The notes: generated by a model from the letters alone, not told the origin. A stretch of 64,000 nt of DNA from Candidatus Nomurabacteria bacterium (GCA_028286645.1 JAQBRF010000002.1:58518-122517), one strand, 5' to 3'; shown: positions 1 to 10,369, counted from the stretch's first letter. Numbers and translations are program-made.

Positions 1-790
1 CAGCAAACCACATACCTCTTAAAAGGTTGAACTCAGAAAGATTATCAGAAAGTTTTGGTAAATTGTTCATTTGATAGACCTCATCAATTCTTCCTGTAAG
101 TAAGCTTTTTTGCTCAGGCGTGAAATTGTATAACCGATAAAATTCATATTCAGAAGATTCAGGAAACCAATTTAAATGCTCTATCATTCCGCCAATGTCA
201 TACCCAAGAGGACCTGAAAAAGAGTCTTCAAAATCTATAACCCCATTTGGATATATATTAAATGGTCCAAAATCGCCATGACAAATAACGAAAGGTATGC
301 GTTCTAACTTCCTTTGAACCTGTGTATAGGCTTCTAGTATTTTTTCTTTGTATTCTGGCAGTTCTTCACAGAGAAGATCTAAATGAATTGCTTTTGTAAA
401 AGCATACCATTTCTTATTATTAGTACACGTTTTCAGCTGCGCTTCTGTGAAGCGGACACATACTTTAATGTAGTTATCAAATGTATCATCAGAAATAACC
501 CCATTTAAAGTGACTTCGTCTCTAAATATAAGGCCAAAATGTTTTTCTCCAAGTGATTCTTCTATGTAGAATTCCATTCCATCTATCTTTCCTTCTTCTA
601 TAAGTTTGGGCACTGGGAAACCAAAAGATTCTAACTTTTTATGAATTACTAAATTCTTTTGAACTTTTTCTTGATCCCCTATTCTGAGGTACTTGAGGCC
701 GGAAATGTATATAGCAGAATCACCACCACGCTGAGTATCTACATGCACGTACTTTTCTCCTTTGAGAGACAGTTCTTTTGGGAATTCCAT
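1..790 (-). CDS. Aminoglycoside phosphotransferase/choline kinase-like protein (3' end runs off the window)
   Basis: Manual translation from ATG at 790: MEFPKELSLKGEKY...ICHGDFGPFNIYPNGVIDFED (HGD..N and IDFE motifs). Not in the ORF track because it is truncated. Confidence 0.75.
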   Translation of the reverse strand, partial: MEFPKELSLKGEKYVHVDTQRGGDSAIYISGLKYLRIGDQEKVQKNLVIHKKLESFGFPVPKLIEEGKIDGMEFYIEESLGEKHFGLIFRDEVTLNGVISDDTFDNYIKVCVRFTEAQLKTCTNNKKWYAFTKAIHLDLLCEELPEYKEKILEAYTQVQRKLERIPFVICHGDFGPFNIYPNGVIDFEDSFSGPLGYDIGGMIEHLNWFPESSEYEFYRLYNFTPEQKSLLTGRIDEVYQMNNLPKLSDNLSEFNLLRGMWFA

Positions 791-900
791 TCATAAAGTA
801 TACCCTACCCTGCTCCTCACTATAATATGTGTGCTTTAGTGAATACTGTAGGAACCACTCACTTTAATAATATGGTAAAATTACCCTATCTATAATCACC

Positions 901-1572
901 ATGAAAATAAAGGATCAATACAACGAAATAGGTAAAAATTATTCCCACGATAACCAAACTTTTTTTAAAGAAAAGGGAGAAGTAGATTTCGGGCGACAAT
1001 TCATTTTAGACAATCTTAAAGAAGTCGAGAGTAAAAGCATCCTAGATGTAGGCTGCGGGGCGGGAGATGACATCATGATTTATGAAAAGATGAAGTTTGC
1101 AAAAGTTTTCGGTGTTGACCCTTCTCGACTTATGATTGATCAGGCACTTGGAAAGATCGCGCATAAAGAAAACGTTCAGATCGGTGACTATGAGAACCTT
1201 CCCTTCCCTGATAACAGTTTTGATTATGTCGTGGGGAGATTCTCACTTCATTATGTAGAAAATATAGATAATGCTTATAAAGAAGTTCTCCGTGTACTTA
1301 AACCTGGAGGCCAATTTATAGCTATTGCGGATCACCCGATGGCTGATGCCTTCGAGAAAAAGCGGTATGAAAAAAATGGGAGGACATACATAACCATTAA
1401 ACTATTTGATGGCACAATAGAAGTTACATTCCCTCTACATCTACTGGGTGAATATATATCTGACTACTTTTTAAAATCCTTTAGATTAATTCAATTCAAG
1501 GAGCACGTCGGATCAGAAAGAGAGGTTACTCACGTCCCAAATGCATTTGGCATTACCGCTAAGAAGATTTAA
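901..1572 (+). CDS. Class I SAM-dependent methyltransferase
   Basis: ILDVGCGAG motif I, LPFPDNSFD, RVLKPGG. Confidence 0.9.
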   Translation: MKIKDQYNEIGKNYSHDNQTFFKEKGEVDFGRQFILDNLKEVESKSILDVGCGAGDDIMIYEKMKFAKVFGVDPSRLMIDQALGKIAHKENVQIGDYENLPFPDNSFDYVVGRFSLHYVENIDNAYKEVLRVLKPGGQFIAIADHPMADAFEKKRYEKNGRTYITIKLFDGTIEVTFPLHLLGEYISDYFLKSFRLIQFKEHVGSEREVTHVPNAFGITAKKI

Positions 1573-2269
1573 TCAATTCAAAAGCATAGAATGCTCTCGG
1601 GTCATTTTCTAATTCTCTCTTTCCAATTAACTTATATTTAAATCCTGAACTTGTAGCAAGATTTAGCATATCGTCAATATTCCCAAAGTTAGATTGGGAG
1701 ATATATATCCTTCCAGTAGGTTTAAGATGTTTTTGGAATCCTTCAAAAAGTTTTTTGTGTACTACCAGATTTGTATCTTTTATAGTTTGTTCAATGAATT
1801 TCCTATTTTCATCTTTAACTTTTCTGTCACTAAAAGGAGGATTGCATGTAATAACATCAAATTTCTCGTTCTGTTTTAGCGCAGAGAATACATCAGAGAC
1901 TCGACCTTCTGTCACATTCTCAACATTAAATCTTTTAGCATTAATATTCACCGTTTCAATCGCTTTTGGATTGATATCTAATGCTACTACTTTCCTAGCA
2001 CCCTTTAGAGCAGCAAACACTGCGATTACCCCTGAACCGGTACATACATCCAGCACTTCATCTGTAGGATGTATGACCATATTATTAACTATTTCTTTAC
2101 TATCATCATGCGGCCAAAATACACCTTTCAAAACTCTAAAGGTTTTATCAAGATAGGCCACCTCCACTCCTTCTTCGGGAATATTCTCTAACTTTTTAAA
2201 TATATTTTCTCGCTCTCTTTCTATTCTCTCCTGCTCCTTATCCGTAAGCCTCTTTATTTCTAGTTCCAT
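1559..2269 (-). CDS. HemK/PrmC-like (MTS family) methyltransferase
   Basis: VLDVCTGSG and FDVITCNPPF motifs. Confidence 0.85.
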   Translation of the reverse strand: MELEIKRLTDKEQERIERERENIFKKLENIPEEGVEVAYLDKTFRVLKGVFWPHDDSKEIVNNMVIHPTDEVLDVCTGSGVIAVFAALKGARKVVALDINPKAIETVNINAKRFNVENVTEGRVSDVFSALKQNEKFDVITCNPPFSDRKVKDENRKFIEQTIKDTNLVVHKKLFEGFQKHLKPTGRIYISQSNFGNIDDMLNLATSSGFKYKLIGKRELENDPRAFYAFELIKSS

Positions 2270-2311
2270 TGAAAATGTATCAGCGTCAATTAATGTGAAT
2301 CTAAATTGAAT

Positions 2312-3421
2312 CTATTTTTCTGATTTACTAATTTTCCCATTAATAAACTGCGCTCTTATTGGTAACGGCATAAAATTGTGGGAATCATCTACAGTATACG
2401 CGCTTGTAATCCCTTCAAAAGAATTAAGAGATTTTAAATATTTTGTAACTTCTTCTTTAGTGGTTATGTTATTGTCGGCCAAGTTCTTTAGCATTAGCCC
2501 TATGTCAATGGCAAAAGATTCAAATCCTGCGGGTTCTCTGTTGTTTCTTTTGATATAATCATTTTTAAACTCTGTAGCATATTCTCCTGTATTAAATGGA
2601 GTGGTCATGGTATAAACTTTTTCGGCAAGACCTGCAAGTGCTTCCGGAGTCCCTGGATTAAGAAGTACTCCCAAGACATCATAAATTGGAAGATTTATCC
2701 CTGCTTCTTTAGCTTGGACCATTATGCCTTTCCACTGGCTGGTCGGTATAGCTATAATCCCGATCACCTGTGGATTTGCTTGTTTAACTTTTGCTAGTTG
2801 GGTCCGGAAATCTGTATCTGTATCTTGAAATGTCTCAATAGTAACTTTTATTCCGGCAGAATTCAGCTTGGGAACAATCAAATCCGCAGTTGATTGGGCT
2901 CCTTCGTTTTTGGCCTGGAGTAAAGCAACGTGAGTTATTTTTTGATCAACTATTCTCTCTACAAAGAAATCAGCGAACTGTTCAGCTGTCCAGAATATTC
3001 TATATGCATAGTCGTTGTTTTTACTTGTTGCATTCATTGCAGCAACAAATGAAATAATAATTGGGGTTTTACTTTGCTGCGCCAAAGGGATTATGGGTAC
3101 GGTTGCTTTTGATATTGCTGAAACAAGAATATCGACACCATCTACTGTTGTAAGCTTTTGAAACGCAGCCACTCCACCTGCAGCATCTCCTTTACTGTCT
3201 TCATAAATAATTTTAATTTTCTTGTTTCCTCCCACAACAGAATCCATCCCCTTTTTAAAATACTCTCCGTATTGTGCGGTGGGTCCTGTAAAAGGAAGAG
3301 ATGCTCCGACCACAAGAATATCGTTACCTTTGCTTTCTCTAAAACCCAATAATTTATAAATACTAAATATTATAACTACCAACAAAACTAACATTAGAAT
3401 GTATTTGGTTGTTTTATTCAT
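2312..3421 (-). CDS. ABC transporter substrate-binding protein, branched-chain amino acid (LivJ-like) family
   Basis: N-terminal anchor; VGASLPFTGPTAQYG, YEDSKGD, TDFRTQLAKVK, FEGIT motifs. Confidence 0.85.
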   Translation of the reverse strand: MNKTTKYILMLVLLVVIIFSIYKLLGFRESKGNDILVVGASLPFTGPTAQYGEYFKKGMDSVVGGNKKIKIIYEDSKGDAAGGVAAFQKLTTVDGVDILVSAISKATVPIIPLAQQSKTPIIISFVAAMNATSKNNDYAYRIFWTAEQFADFFVERIVDQKITHVALLQAKNEGAQSTADLIVPKLNSAGIKVTIETFQDTDTDFRTQLAKVKQANPQVIGIIAIPTSQWKGIMVQAKEAGINLPIYDVLGVLLNPGTPEALAGLAEKVYTMTTPFNTGEYATEFKNDYIKRNNREPAGFESFAIDIGLMLKNLADNNITTKEEVTKYLKSLNSFEGITSAYTVDDSHNFMPLPIRAQFINGKISKSEK

Positions 3422-3569
3422 AAACCAAAGTATATCACTTCTGCGGTACGGATTATTCTGTCTAAAAGCTATTGATTTATATGCCTAAATAATCTGTATA
3501 CTACAGCGGACGACTTATTTTCTTAGCTTATTTTCAATCTGTAGGAAATAGAAGGACTCTTGTGGGAGG

Positions 3570-3788
3570 TTATAGGAACTTTTGTATTAACCAACTAATT
3601 AAAAATGTAACTACAAATATCCCCACAGCCCACGGTAACGCAATTATCCAAGCAAAAGAAGGAGGGTTGCTAGTTATAGGATCATTTCCTGAGGCTATGT
3701 GGTCGGCAATTCTTTTATATTCAATAAAATAGATGCTAACAAATGTCAGCAATGCTATGACCAGAGAAATAATAAATGATATTTTCAT
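3570..3788 (-). CDS. Small two-TM membrane protein
   Basis: Start reassigned to MKISFII (TATACT 7 nt upstream); two hydrophobic segments. Confidence 0.65.
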   Translation of the reverse strand: MKISFIISLVIALLTFVSIYFIEYKRIADHIASGNDPITSNPPSFAWIIALPWAVGIFVVTFLISWLIQKFL

Positions 3789-3937
3789 AATTAAAAGTAT
3801 ATCAGGCCTTACCTCTCTCCTCCACACTATATTTGGCCCATTCGCGACTACACTCAGGACACTAAAATTTAAACTTCTGTGGTGGACTCCATTATTACTT
3901 AGGAGCGAGTTAGAAAATAAGTTACTCCTCCTCCTGT

Positions 3938-4498
3938 TTACACTGTATCTTTAATAAATACTTTCATCACGATTATAAACAATGTGTGAAGTACCACTGG
4001 TACAACCAAACTACCAGTAACGTAAAAACTGAATCCCAAAAACATTCCTGCCATAAAAGTCATAGTAACGAGTTTCCAGTTCCATTCAGTAAGTCGAAAG
4101 CCTTTTGCTCCGTTTAAAACATGGGCAAGTCCAAAAAATAATGAGGACAAAATTATCGAATTAGGGGCGTCAAGGATTGAATAAAAATATGTCTGTACAA
4201 ATCCTCTGAAAATAATTTCTTCTGGCACTGCAATTAATAGACCTGCGTACAAAATAATTATATGTAATTTAGATAAATTTTTTCTATTTAAACCAATAAC
4301 CCCGAATTTCAAAAAGTAATTTATAGCAAAAAAGATAATGAAAGCACAGATTGTTATTGGAAGTAAAAACACTAAATCTTTCGTACTAAACATAAAGAAA
4401 ACTTGTGGTGATTTCATAAAAATGAAAAAATACACGCAAAAAAGAACATATATAGAAACTATAAAATTATGATACCTAGATTTAAATAGAGCTTTCAC
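3938..4498 (-). CDS. CPBP/Abi (CAAX protease-like) intramembrane metalloprotease
   Basis: PEEIIFRG, SSLFFGLAH and VLH motifs. Confidence 0.9.
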   Translation of the reverse strand: MKALFKSRYHNFIVSIYVLFCVYFFIFMKSPQVFFMFSTKDLVFLLPITICAFIIFFAINYFLKFGVIGLNRKNLSKLHIIILYAGLLIAVPEEIIFRGFVQTYFYSILDAPNSIILSSLFFGLAHVLNGAKGFRLTEWNWKLVTMTFMAGMFLGFSFYVTGSLVVPVVLHTLFIIVMKVFIKDTV

Positions 4499-4707
4499 TT
4501 TAGTGAATAAAGTATACCAGTTCCACTCTATCTACAATTCGCTAAGGATATGCAAATGTTGTAACTAAAAATTCCCTGTTGATTCAGGAGATTTTTAGTA
4601 ATTATTCATTGCTGTGGTGTAGTGGACTCCATTATTTACTTAGGAGAAAGATGGGTTAGAAAATAAGCAGTACCCTTGTAGTAGGTTATAGGAACTGAGA
4701 TGGGGGT

Positions 4708-5316
4708 TTACCAAGGTCTCGGGCGTTCCCTTTTAGCCCGCGCTTCAATTTGTGGAGCCTCTTTGATTAAATCTTCTTCGGATTTACCGGACACTTCTAG
4801 ATACCGCTGCTTTCTCCAGTATGTTGCCCATTCCATCAACCAGTCGACCTCCTTAACAAACCGATCTTCAGAAAGCGTTGCGTCCTTGAAATCTTTCCTA
4901 AGAACTAGTTGAGGCATACCCGAGTTTAAAGGTTGTTCATTTATATAGAAATAACCCTCGCCAAGCGTAGAAGGCTCACGATCTCCCGCCCTTTTAACTT
5001 CATCAAAAAATTCTTTTCTTTTAATCATGAGGTGGGCATCATTTACTACAAGACCAAACACTGAAAACTGTCCATCGTTTGCGGAGTAACTGAACTCGGC
5101 AGCTCCGAGTATCACTTTGAAATCCTGTTGGTCTTCTTTAAGAGAGACGTTATCTCCTATTTTCTTCCCATAGGCGGTTACATATTTTTTGGCTTCTTCG
5201 TTTGTCATGTGTTTTGGTACATTATTAGATGTTTGTATATTAAATCCTTTTTTATAATACATAAAGCCTGCACCTATAAGGAGCAATATGGCCACAATTA
5301 TTAAAGACTTTTTCAT
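4708..5316 (-). CDS. Hypothetical secreted/anchored protein, paralog of 6467-7123
   Basis: Signal/anchor MKKSLIIVAILLLIG; shares C-terminal EE.LIKEAP.I...RP..W with 6467-7123. Confidence 0.7.
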   Translation of the reverse strand: MKKSLIIVAILLLIGAGFMYYKKGFNIQTSNNVPKHMTNEEAKKYVTAYGKKIGDNVSLKEDQQDFKVILGAAEFSYSANDGQFSVFGLVVNDAHLMIKRKEFFDEVKRAGDREPSTLGEGYFYINEQPLNSGMPQLVLRKDFKDATLSEDRFVKEVDWLMEWATYWRKQRYLEVSGKSEEDLIKEAPQIEARAKRERPRPW

Positions 5317-5441
5317 ATTCAATCAAAGTATATCAGTAATTAACCGCATTCTTCACTGTGGTTAGTGGGCTATAAAGAACTTCTTTATTGCTTAGGAACA
5401 TCCTCTCATCACCCTATATTTTATGTAGGACATAAACAGGA

Positions 5442-5672
5442 TTAGAACTCATGAAAAAGAGAATAGAGTAAATACCCTGCTGAAACAATTCCTACAATTA
5501 CCGCAATTATCATCAAACTTATATCCCAAATTCCATTACAAGGAAATGAATTTAAAGAGTTTTGGGTGCAGGGTACTACCTTATCGATTATATGTCTTGA
5601 GAAGAGCGCCCTATTACCGATGATAAATAAAATAGCTGAAACTACAAGACTAATAATTGATATTTTTATCAT
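5442..5672 (-). CDS. Small membrane protein
   Basis: Two hydrophobic segments with a Cys pair; TATACT 6 nt upstream of ATG. Confidence 0.65.
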   Translation of the reverse strand: MIKISIISLVVSAILFIIGNRALFSRHIIDKVVPCTQNSLNSFPCNGIWDISLMIIAVIVGIVSAGYLLYSLFHEF

Positions 5673-5776
5673 ATTTGAAGTATATCAGTTCGCTAACGTT
5701 GATTGCTAAGTATCGAACACAATCTTTAACCCTTTGGCTACACAGTAAAAATTAGAGCAGTCCCACTATGGCAGTA

Positions 5777-6022
5777 TTAATTATCAAGTACTTGAGAAAT
5801 TAGCTCGATGAAGTCCTTAGCCCTCTTTTTTTGCTCAACCGATAAACTTTCTTCTTTTATTAATTCTTGCAAATAAAAACGGACGCCCATTAAAGCTTCA
5901 GATCCTAATGAAGCACCTTCAACAACTGTGTTAATTTTATTTTGCCAAGCGTTTAAACCTTTTTCTCCCAATTCTGCGGTAAAGTTTCTAACGTCATCAT
6001 AAAAGTTACTTGGAAGAGTCAT
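5777..6022 (-). CDS. Small hypothetical protein
   Basis: 81 aa ORF; TATACT 6 nt upstream of ATG. Confidence 0.65.
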   Translation of the reverse strand: MTLPSNFYDDVRNFTAELGEKGLNAWQNKINTVVEGASLGSEALMGVRFYLQELIKEESLSVEQKKRAKDFIELISQVLDN

Positions 6023-6125
6023 CCAAGAAGTATATCAGTTCCCAAGGAACTATTACCATATAGAAAACCAAGATTTTTAATAATCCTTGGATGTCATTAT
6101 GACTTAGACAGAAGTTTCGTGAATT

Positions 6126-6359
6126 TTAATGGTAAACACCGTTTTTGATAAACCACAGGAACCACACTAAAAAAATAAGTACGATCACGATAAGCGCTCG
6201 TCCCAACCACACAAGCCATATAGGGTGATAAAAGATTAGCAATATTGCTAACCCTGCCAAGACAAATGCAATGGGAACAAATGGAAAGGTATTCCACCAG
6301 AACGACCATGCCGCAACTGCAAATAGAATAATTATAGTAATTAGCACAGATTTTGACAT
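6126..6359 (-). CDS. Small three-TM membrane protein
   Basis: Highly hydrophobic 77 aa ORF with the shared upstream module. Confidence 0.6.
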   Translation of the reverse strand: MSKSVLITIIILFAVAAWSFWWNTFPFVPIAFVLAGLAILLIFYHPIWLVWLGRALIVIVLIFLVWFLWFIKNGVYH

Positions 6360-6466
6360 AGCGTTAATTTTGTATGCTATAAGTATACCAGCTCCTACCT
6401 CTCCTCCATATTATATTTAATGTAGTTATACCTGTCCCTCTCTCTAGTTAGCAGCTGGAAGGAAAA

Positions 6467-7123
6467 TTACCATGATTTTGGTCTATTCTTTAGCATGAAT
6501 TCATTTATTCCAGGAGCTTCTTTAATAAGTTCTTCTTCTGTTTTTGCATTTATTTCATTAAATCTGTTTACAAACCAATAATCTGCATCTGAGAGGAGCC
6601 ACCCTATTTGAATTTGTAGGTTTTTCCCATTAGTAATAGGCGCTGTGTACGTTTTTGTTAGAAGGAGCACATCCGGATTCAAATCAAAAAGTGGCTCGCG
6701 CAAAAGTTCAAATTGAGCCTCGCCATACATCATGGTGGTATATTCACGCTGTCCAATACGCACTAATCGGTCCCATAGCACGGGATATTTACTTAGTGTT
6801 TTGATGTCATATCTTACTAATCCTGAGACCAATAATTGCTTTTTTTCTGCATCATACCGAAAGATAGCTCCTTTTACGCGTACTGGCAGACCCTTTGGAA
6901 GGTCACTTTCCAGAGAACCGGTAATGTTCAAGGGAGCAGCATTAGATTCTTTAATCCATAGTTTTACTATAGCTTGAGCATCTTCAATTGTTAGTGTCTC
7001 AGCTTGAGATTGTTGAGTTATATGCTGTAATTCGAGTTTTGGAATAGGTGTGCTAGATCTTTTATAAAAATAAAAGGCGCCTAACATTAATATAATTATT
7101 ACAATTATTCCTACTTTATTCAT
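6467..7123 (-). CDS. Hypothetical secreted/anchored protein, paralog of 4708-5316
   Basis: N-terminal anchor; shared motifs GA.F.Y, GLV..D, WL...A.YW, EELIKEAP. Confidence 0.7.
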   Translation of the reverse strand: MNKVGIIVIIILMLGAFYFYKRSSTPIPKLELQHITQQSQAETLTIEDAQAIVKLWIKESNAAPLNITGSLESDLPKGLPVRVKGAIFRYDAEKKQLLVSGLVRYDIKTLSKYPVLWDRLVRIGQREYTTMMYGEAQFELLREPLFDLNPDVLLLTKTYTAPITNGKNLQIQIGWLLSDADYWFVNRFNEINAKTEEELIKEAPGINEFMLKNRPKSW

Positions 7124-7325
7124 TTCATAAGTATACCAGCACTTACCCTATGCTGCTTCACGCTATATTTAGTCCATTTGCGACTACGCTCAGGACACTA
7201 AAATTTAAACTTCACTTCGTTCAAATAAATTAAAGTGTGTGCTGTGGTGGACTCCATTATTTACTTAGGAAGGAAGTGAGCTAGAAAATAAGCAGTATCC
7301 TTGTGGTAAGGTATAGGAACCGAGA

Positions 7326-7769
7326 TTAATCAGAAAAAGTAGAAAAGAAAGAAATCTCTCCTGTTTTCTTATTTAGCGTTAACCCCTGATACTCAGCTGG
7401 AATTCCTTCAGATTTTGGAGATCGTTCCCCCAGCTGTTTCTCAAGTTGACCAAGCAATATGTCGCCGCCTCTAAATAATCTAAATTGACTATTAGAGATA
7501 CTCGCACCTAATGGGTTCAATTTTGTACTTAGTTCATGGATAAACCCTTCCACATCTTCTGTTTCTAAACCAAAAGATAGATGGGCCGCTCCTGCAACTT
7601 GAACTCCAGGATCATAAGCGGTCAATACGGCACAAGACCCTCCCGGTAAAACCTCTAATGTTTCTACTTTGCTATTTGGACCTATGACTTCAATAGAGTT
7701 AGTTAGTACTTCTATTGATCGTCCCTGTTCACTTTGATTTTCAAAAAATTGTTTCGGCTCTTGTTCCAT
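7326..7769 (-). CDS. CheD-like (deamidase fold) protein
   Basis: GGSCAVLTAYDPGVQVAGAAH resembles the CheD LGSCV...YDP....GG.AH motif; start reassigned to MEQEPK. Confidence 0.5.
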   Translation of the reverse strand: MEQEPKQFFENQSEQGRSIEVLTNSIEVIGPNSKVETLEVLPGGSCAVLTAYDPGVQVAGAAHLSFGLETEDVEGFIHELSTKLNPLGASISNSQFRLFRGGDILLGQLEKQLGERSPKSEGIPAEYQGLTLNKKTGEISFFSTFSD

Positions 7770-7836
7770 CCCTAAAGTATACCCTACTCCTCTCCACACT
7801 ATATTAGTGTGCTATGTAGAGATTACACGAATTGCA

Positions 7837-8367
7837 TTAACTAAAAAGGGAATTGTAAGCTGATTCTAAAGAAGCATTTCTATCTGGATAAATATCAAAA
7901 TAAGGAAAATTGTTTTTAGATGCCTCTTGTTCTATCTTTTTACTTTTTTTAATAAAGTATTCTGGAAGAGTGTTTTGCTTTTCTTGTGATAAGTTACTTA
8001 CCCAGTCTGACTTAGGGTCACTCTTTTTTATATCTTCCAAAGTTATGTTGCTTGTACCCAAGAAACAACACCTCAATTCTATCTTCTCTTTAAGAGATGT
8101 GACTTGCTCGGGGGTAAACAGGTCTCCTTCTATAACATAATCCTCATATTTGTTTTGAAGAATTTTCAAAAATTGCAGTAAATAAGGAAAAAACACTTCT
8201 GCCTTTTTATCTTCTTCCAAAGCTTTAAGCCCTAGTTGGGTGGGTGAAGAATCTAAAAGATTCCTTATTACATCAGTTGAAATATTAGAAATATGCTTGC
8301 GTTCAAGCATGAGAGCCGCCAACGTACTCTTTCCGACTCTTGCTGTTCCTCCAATAAGATAAATCAT
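7837..8367 (-). CDS. P-loop kinase (2-phosphoglycerate kinase/AAA_33-like)
   Basis: MIYLIGGTARVGKSTLA Walker A, STDVIR, YVIEG; start reassigned. Confidence 0.75.
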   Translation of the reverse strand: MIYLIGGTARVGKSTLAALMLERKHISNISTDVIRNLLDSSPTQLGLKALEEDKKAEVFFPYLLQFLKILQNKYEDYVIEGDLFTPEQVTSLKEKIELRCCFLGTSNITLEDIKKSDPKSDWVSNLSQEKQNTLPEYFIKKSKKIEQEASKNNFPYFDIYPDRNASLESAYNSLFS

Positions 8368-8474
8368 TGCATAAGTATACCCTACTCCCCACCACCCTAT
8401 TGAAATACATATAAGGATGTGTGCCCTTCGGACTACCTTAGGACAATCAATTTTCAACTCAGACGATATTAGGA

Positions 8475-9407
8475 CTATTTTATTTTCTTTTTGAGAAATT
8501 TCAGAACATGAGTATCTGTATATGTAGCTATATCCAGTTCTTTCGAAAAGATATTGATTAGATTTTTCTTTTCTGCTAGTGAGATTTCATTACTGCCAGG
8601 AACATGTACAGAGGCAAGGGCGATATTTTGGTGTTCTTCAATAAAAGAACGTATTTCCTCTCCTCCATCTTTAAAAAGTCCATCGTCAAGAATGTCCTGT
8701 CCATCGTACGAAGCTCGGACAAGCGCATTAAATACTTGATCTTCGGGAACGCCGGAATAGACATGTATCTTGTGTATCAAAATATCTATAAGCATTCTTC
8801 CAATATCATACGTTCTATAATATCCTTCTTCTATCATAGAGCTATTTCCTGATCGTCTAAGATATTCTTCCAGCACTTTATCAGCAATCTTTTCTACCAG
8901 CCCTTCGTTAAAAGCAACACGTGTCCTATTAAAATTTTCATCATTACTAGTCAAACCAGAGACCTCAGCTGAGATTGATGTACCGTCCTTTTCCTCAAAA
9001 TCCTCATACCCGGAAAATTGAGTAGTATGTACCTGTTCGTGAATGAGCAGTTTGAGGGTTATTAATCTCTTTCTCAACTTCTCATTCAAGATAGGTGTGA
9101 TGAATTTGAAATTTGCAGGATTGAAATGCAATGCCGATCGTTCCCCCATTTTTTCCCCAGTTGATTTGTCTACAATAGGCTCTATACCCGCTGTTGCCGC
9201 AAAATAAAATGCGTCATAGAAATATTTTATGTCTTCCTTTTTCACAAATTCCATATCCTTCTCATCTAGTCCCGCTTTCTTATATATTTCTTCGAATATG
9301 GTGCGCAGTAGATCAAAATCCACCCTCTCCAAGTCCTCTTGAATCTTTTCCTTGGATCCTTTAAAAACTTCCTCTTTTGTTTTTTCCCAAAGACTTTTAC
9401 TTTCCAT
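8475..9407 (-). CDS. Putative zincin metallopeptidase
   Basis: LIHEQVH followed by FNEGLVE (gluzincin pattern). Confidence 0.65.
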   Translation of the reverse strand: MESKSLWEKTKEEVFKGSKEKIQEDLERVDFDLLRTIFEEIYKKAGLDEKDMEFVKKEDIKYFYDAFYFAATAGIEPIVDKSTGEKMGERSALHFNPANFKFITPILNEKLRKRLITLKLLIHEQVHTTQFSGYEDFEEKDGTSISAEVSGLTSNDENFNRTRVAFNEGLVEKIADKVLEEYLRRSGNSSMIEEGYYRTYDIGRMLIDILIHKIHVYSGVPEDQVFNALVRASYDGQDILDDGLFKDGGEEIRSFIEEHQNIALASVHVPGSNEISLAEKKNLINIFSKELDIATYTDTHVLKFLKKKIK

Positions 9408-9611
9408 CACCAAAGTATACCTTACTCTCCTCTATACTATTTGGTACCGTAGCGGACTCCATCAGTTAGGAGCAGAGCGACTTAGAAAATAAGCACCACC
9501 CTGGTGGTAGGTTATAAGAACTGGGATTAAAAAATAGAAACTATTTAATACTAAACTTTAGTCTCTCAGATTTTTCATTCATATAAATATCTATTTTAAA
9601 CAGTTGCAAAC

Positions 9612-10145
9612 TTAAATAAACACATTTAAATATTTAGTAACCGCAAGAAATTCATCATAAAGATTATGCTCTTTTAAAACAGAAATAAATAAAGGATGTG
9701 TGTACCCATCAGCAATAAATTCATGAATATCTTTCCTGTAATTAAAGAATGTTAACCCATCCTTCTCTATCCCGTCAGGAAAGATATCTTTTATCTTTTC
9801 AAAAAAAGTTTTTAGTTCTTGTGTAACTTCTTGTCGAAATTCAATTGCATGAATAATTTCATGCCTCTTTGTTATTTCAGATGTACCAGAGTAAAATAAT
9901 AATGCGTCAAGTCTATCTACATAAGCTCCATTAGCTGTTTTACTAGGAGCTGTATTAAGGTAATAGGCTGGAATGTCGCGCTGTAAATTAAAACCAAATT
10001 CCTTGGCTAAAGTTACAGCATTTTCTACTTTCATTATCTGCATCTTAGTTTGAGTTCCGTCTTTCTCAGTCAAAGAGAAAGTATCTCCTTCTTTTTTCCA
10101 AGGGACTAACGGGTCTCTCACTAATAATGTGGGTTGTTCTTCCAT
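9612..10145 (-). CDS. Putative zincin-like protein
   Basis: RHEIIH and downstream HEFIAD; start reassigned to MEEQPT. Confidence 0.55.
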   Translation of the reverse strand: MEEQPTLLVRDPLVPWKKEGDTFSLTEKDGTQTKMQIMKVENAVTLAKEFGFNLQRDIPAYYLNTAPSKTANGAYVDRLDALLFYSGTSEITKRHEIIHAIEFRQEVTQELKTFFEKIKDIFPDGIEKDGLTFFNYRKDIHEFIADGYTHPLFISVLKEHNLYDEFLAVTKYLNVFI

Positions 10146-10327
10146 CTCCAAAGTATACCCTACCCTGCTCCACACTATGTTAAAAGACTCAGGTGCGCCT
10201 TACCGAACCTTCATTCGTTTCACTCCTTTTGGTTTTAAGAACCCACGGTTCTCAACGCTCGTAAACTCGCTGCTCTCCTCCACATGAAAACTCCCGTTTT
10301 CTTGACACCTTTCCCACCAGTAGACAC

Positions 10328-10369
10328 AAGTTCAAATCCCGATAGGTATACCTATCGGGATTTGAACTT
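10328..10369. repeat. Perfect 42-bp palindrome made of two head-to-head tRNA-His T-arm-like sequences
   Basis: aagttcaaatcccgataggta|tacctatcgggatttgaactt. Confidence 0.9.

Larger units (their letters stand above)
795..10178. repeat. Dispersed modular intergenic repeats separating cassette-like genes
   Basis: Module A aagtatacc(ctaccctgctccacactat): 795, 3795, 6381, 7129, 7775, 8373, 9413, 10150, with 22 bp identical at 795-816 and 10150-10171. Module B gcccattcgcgactacactcaggacactaaaatttaaactt: ~3836, ~7171, ~8419. Modules C/D gtggactccattat..ttagaaaataagc..ttgtggtaggttataggaact: ~3878 (C only), 4612, 7235, 9442; partial at 3505-3580 and 5355. Confidence 0.85.

Noticed and set aside
7311-7320. 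gtataggaac resembling a yeast FRT half-site (also 3571 and 4688)
   Set aside because: Short half-match with no inverted partner or 8-bp spacer; it is part of repeat module D.
10165-10190. tatgttaaa resembling the XerD arm of dif/pdif
   Set aside because: No XerC arm, and the other junctions lack it.
795-10200. Classical integron attC array
   Set aside because: No consistent RYYYAAC...GTTRRRY hairpins and no intI; the genes carry their own promoters. Reported instead as a different cassette-like system.
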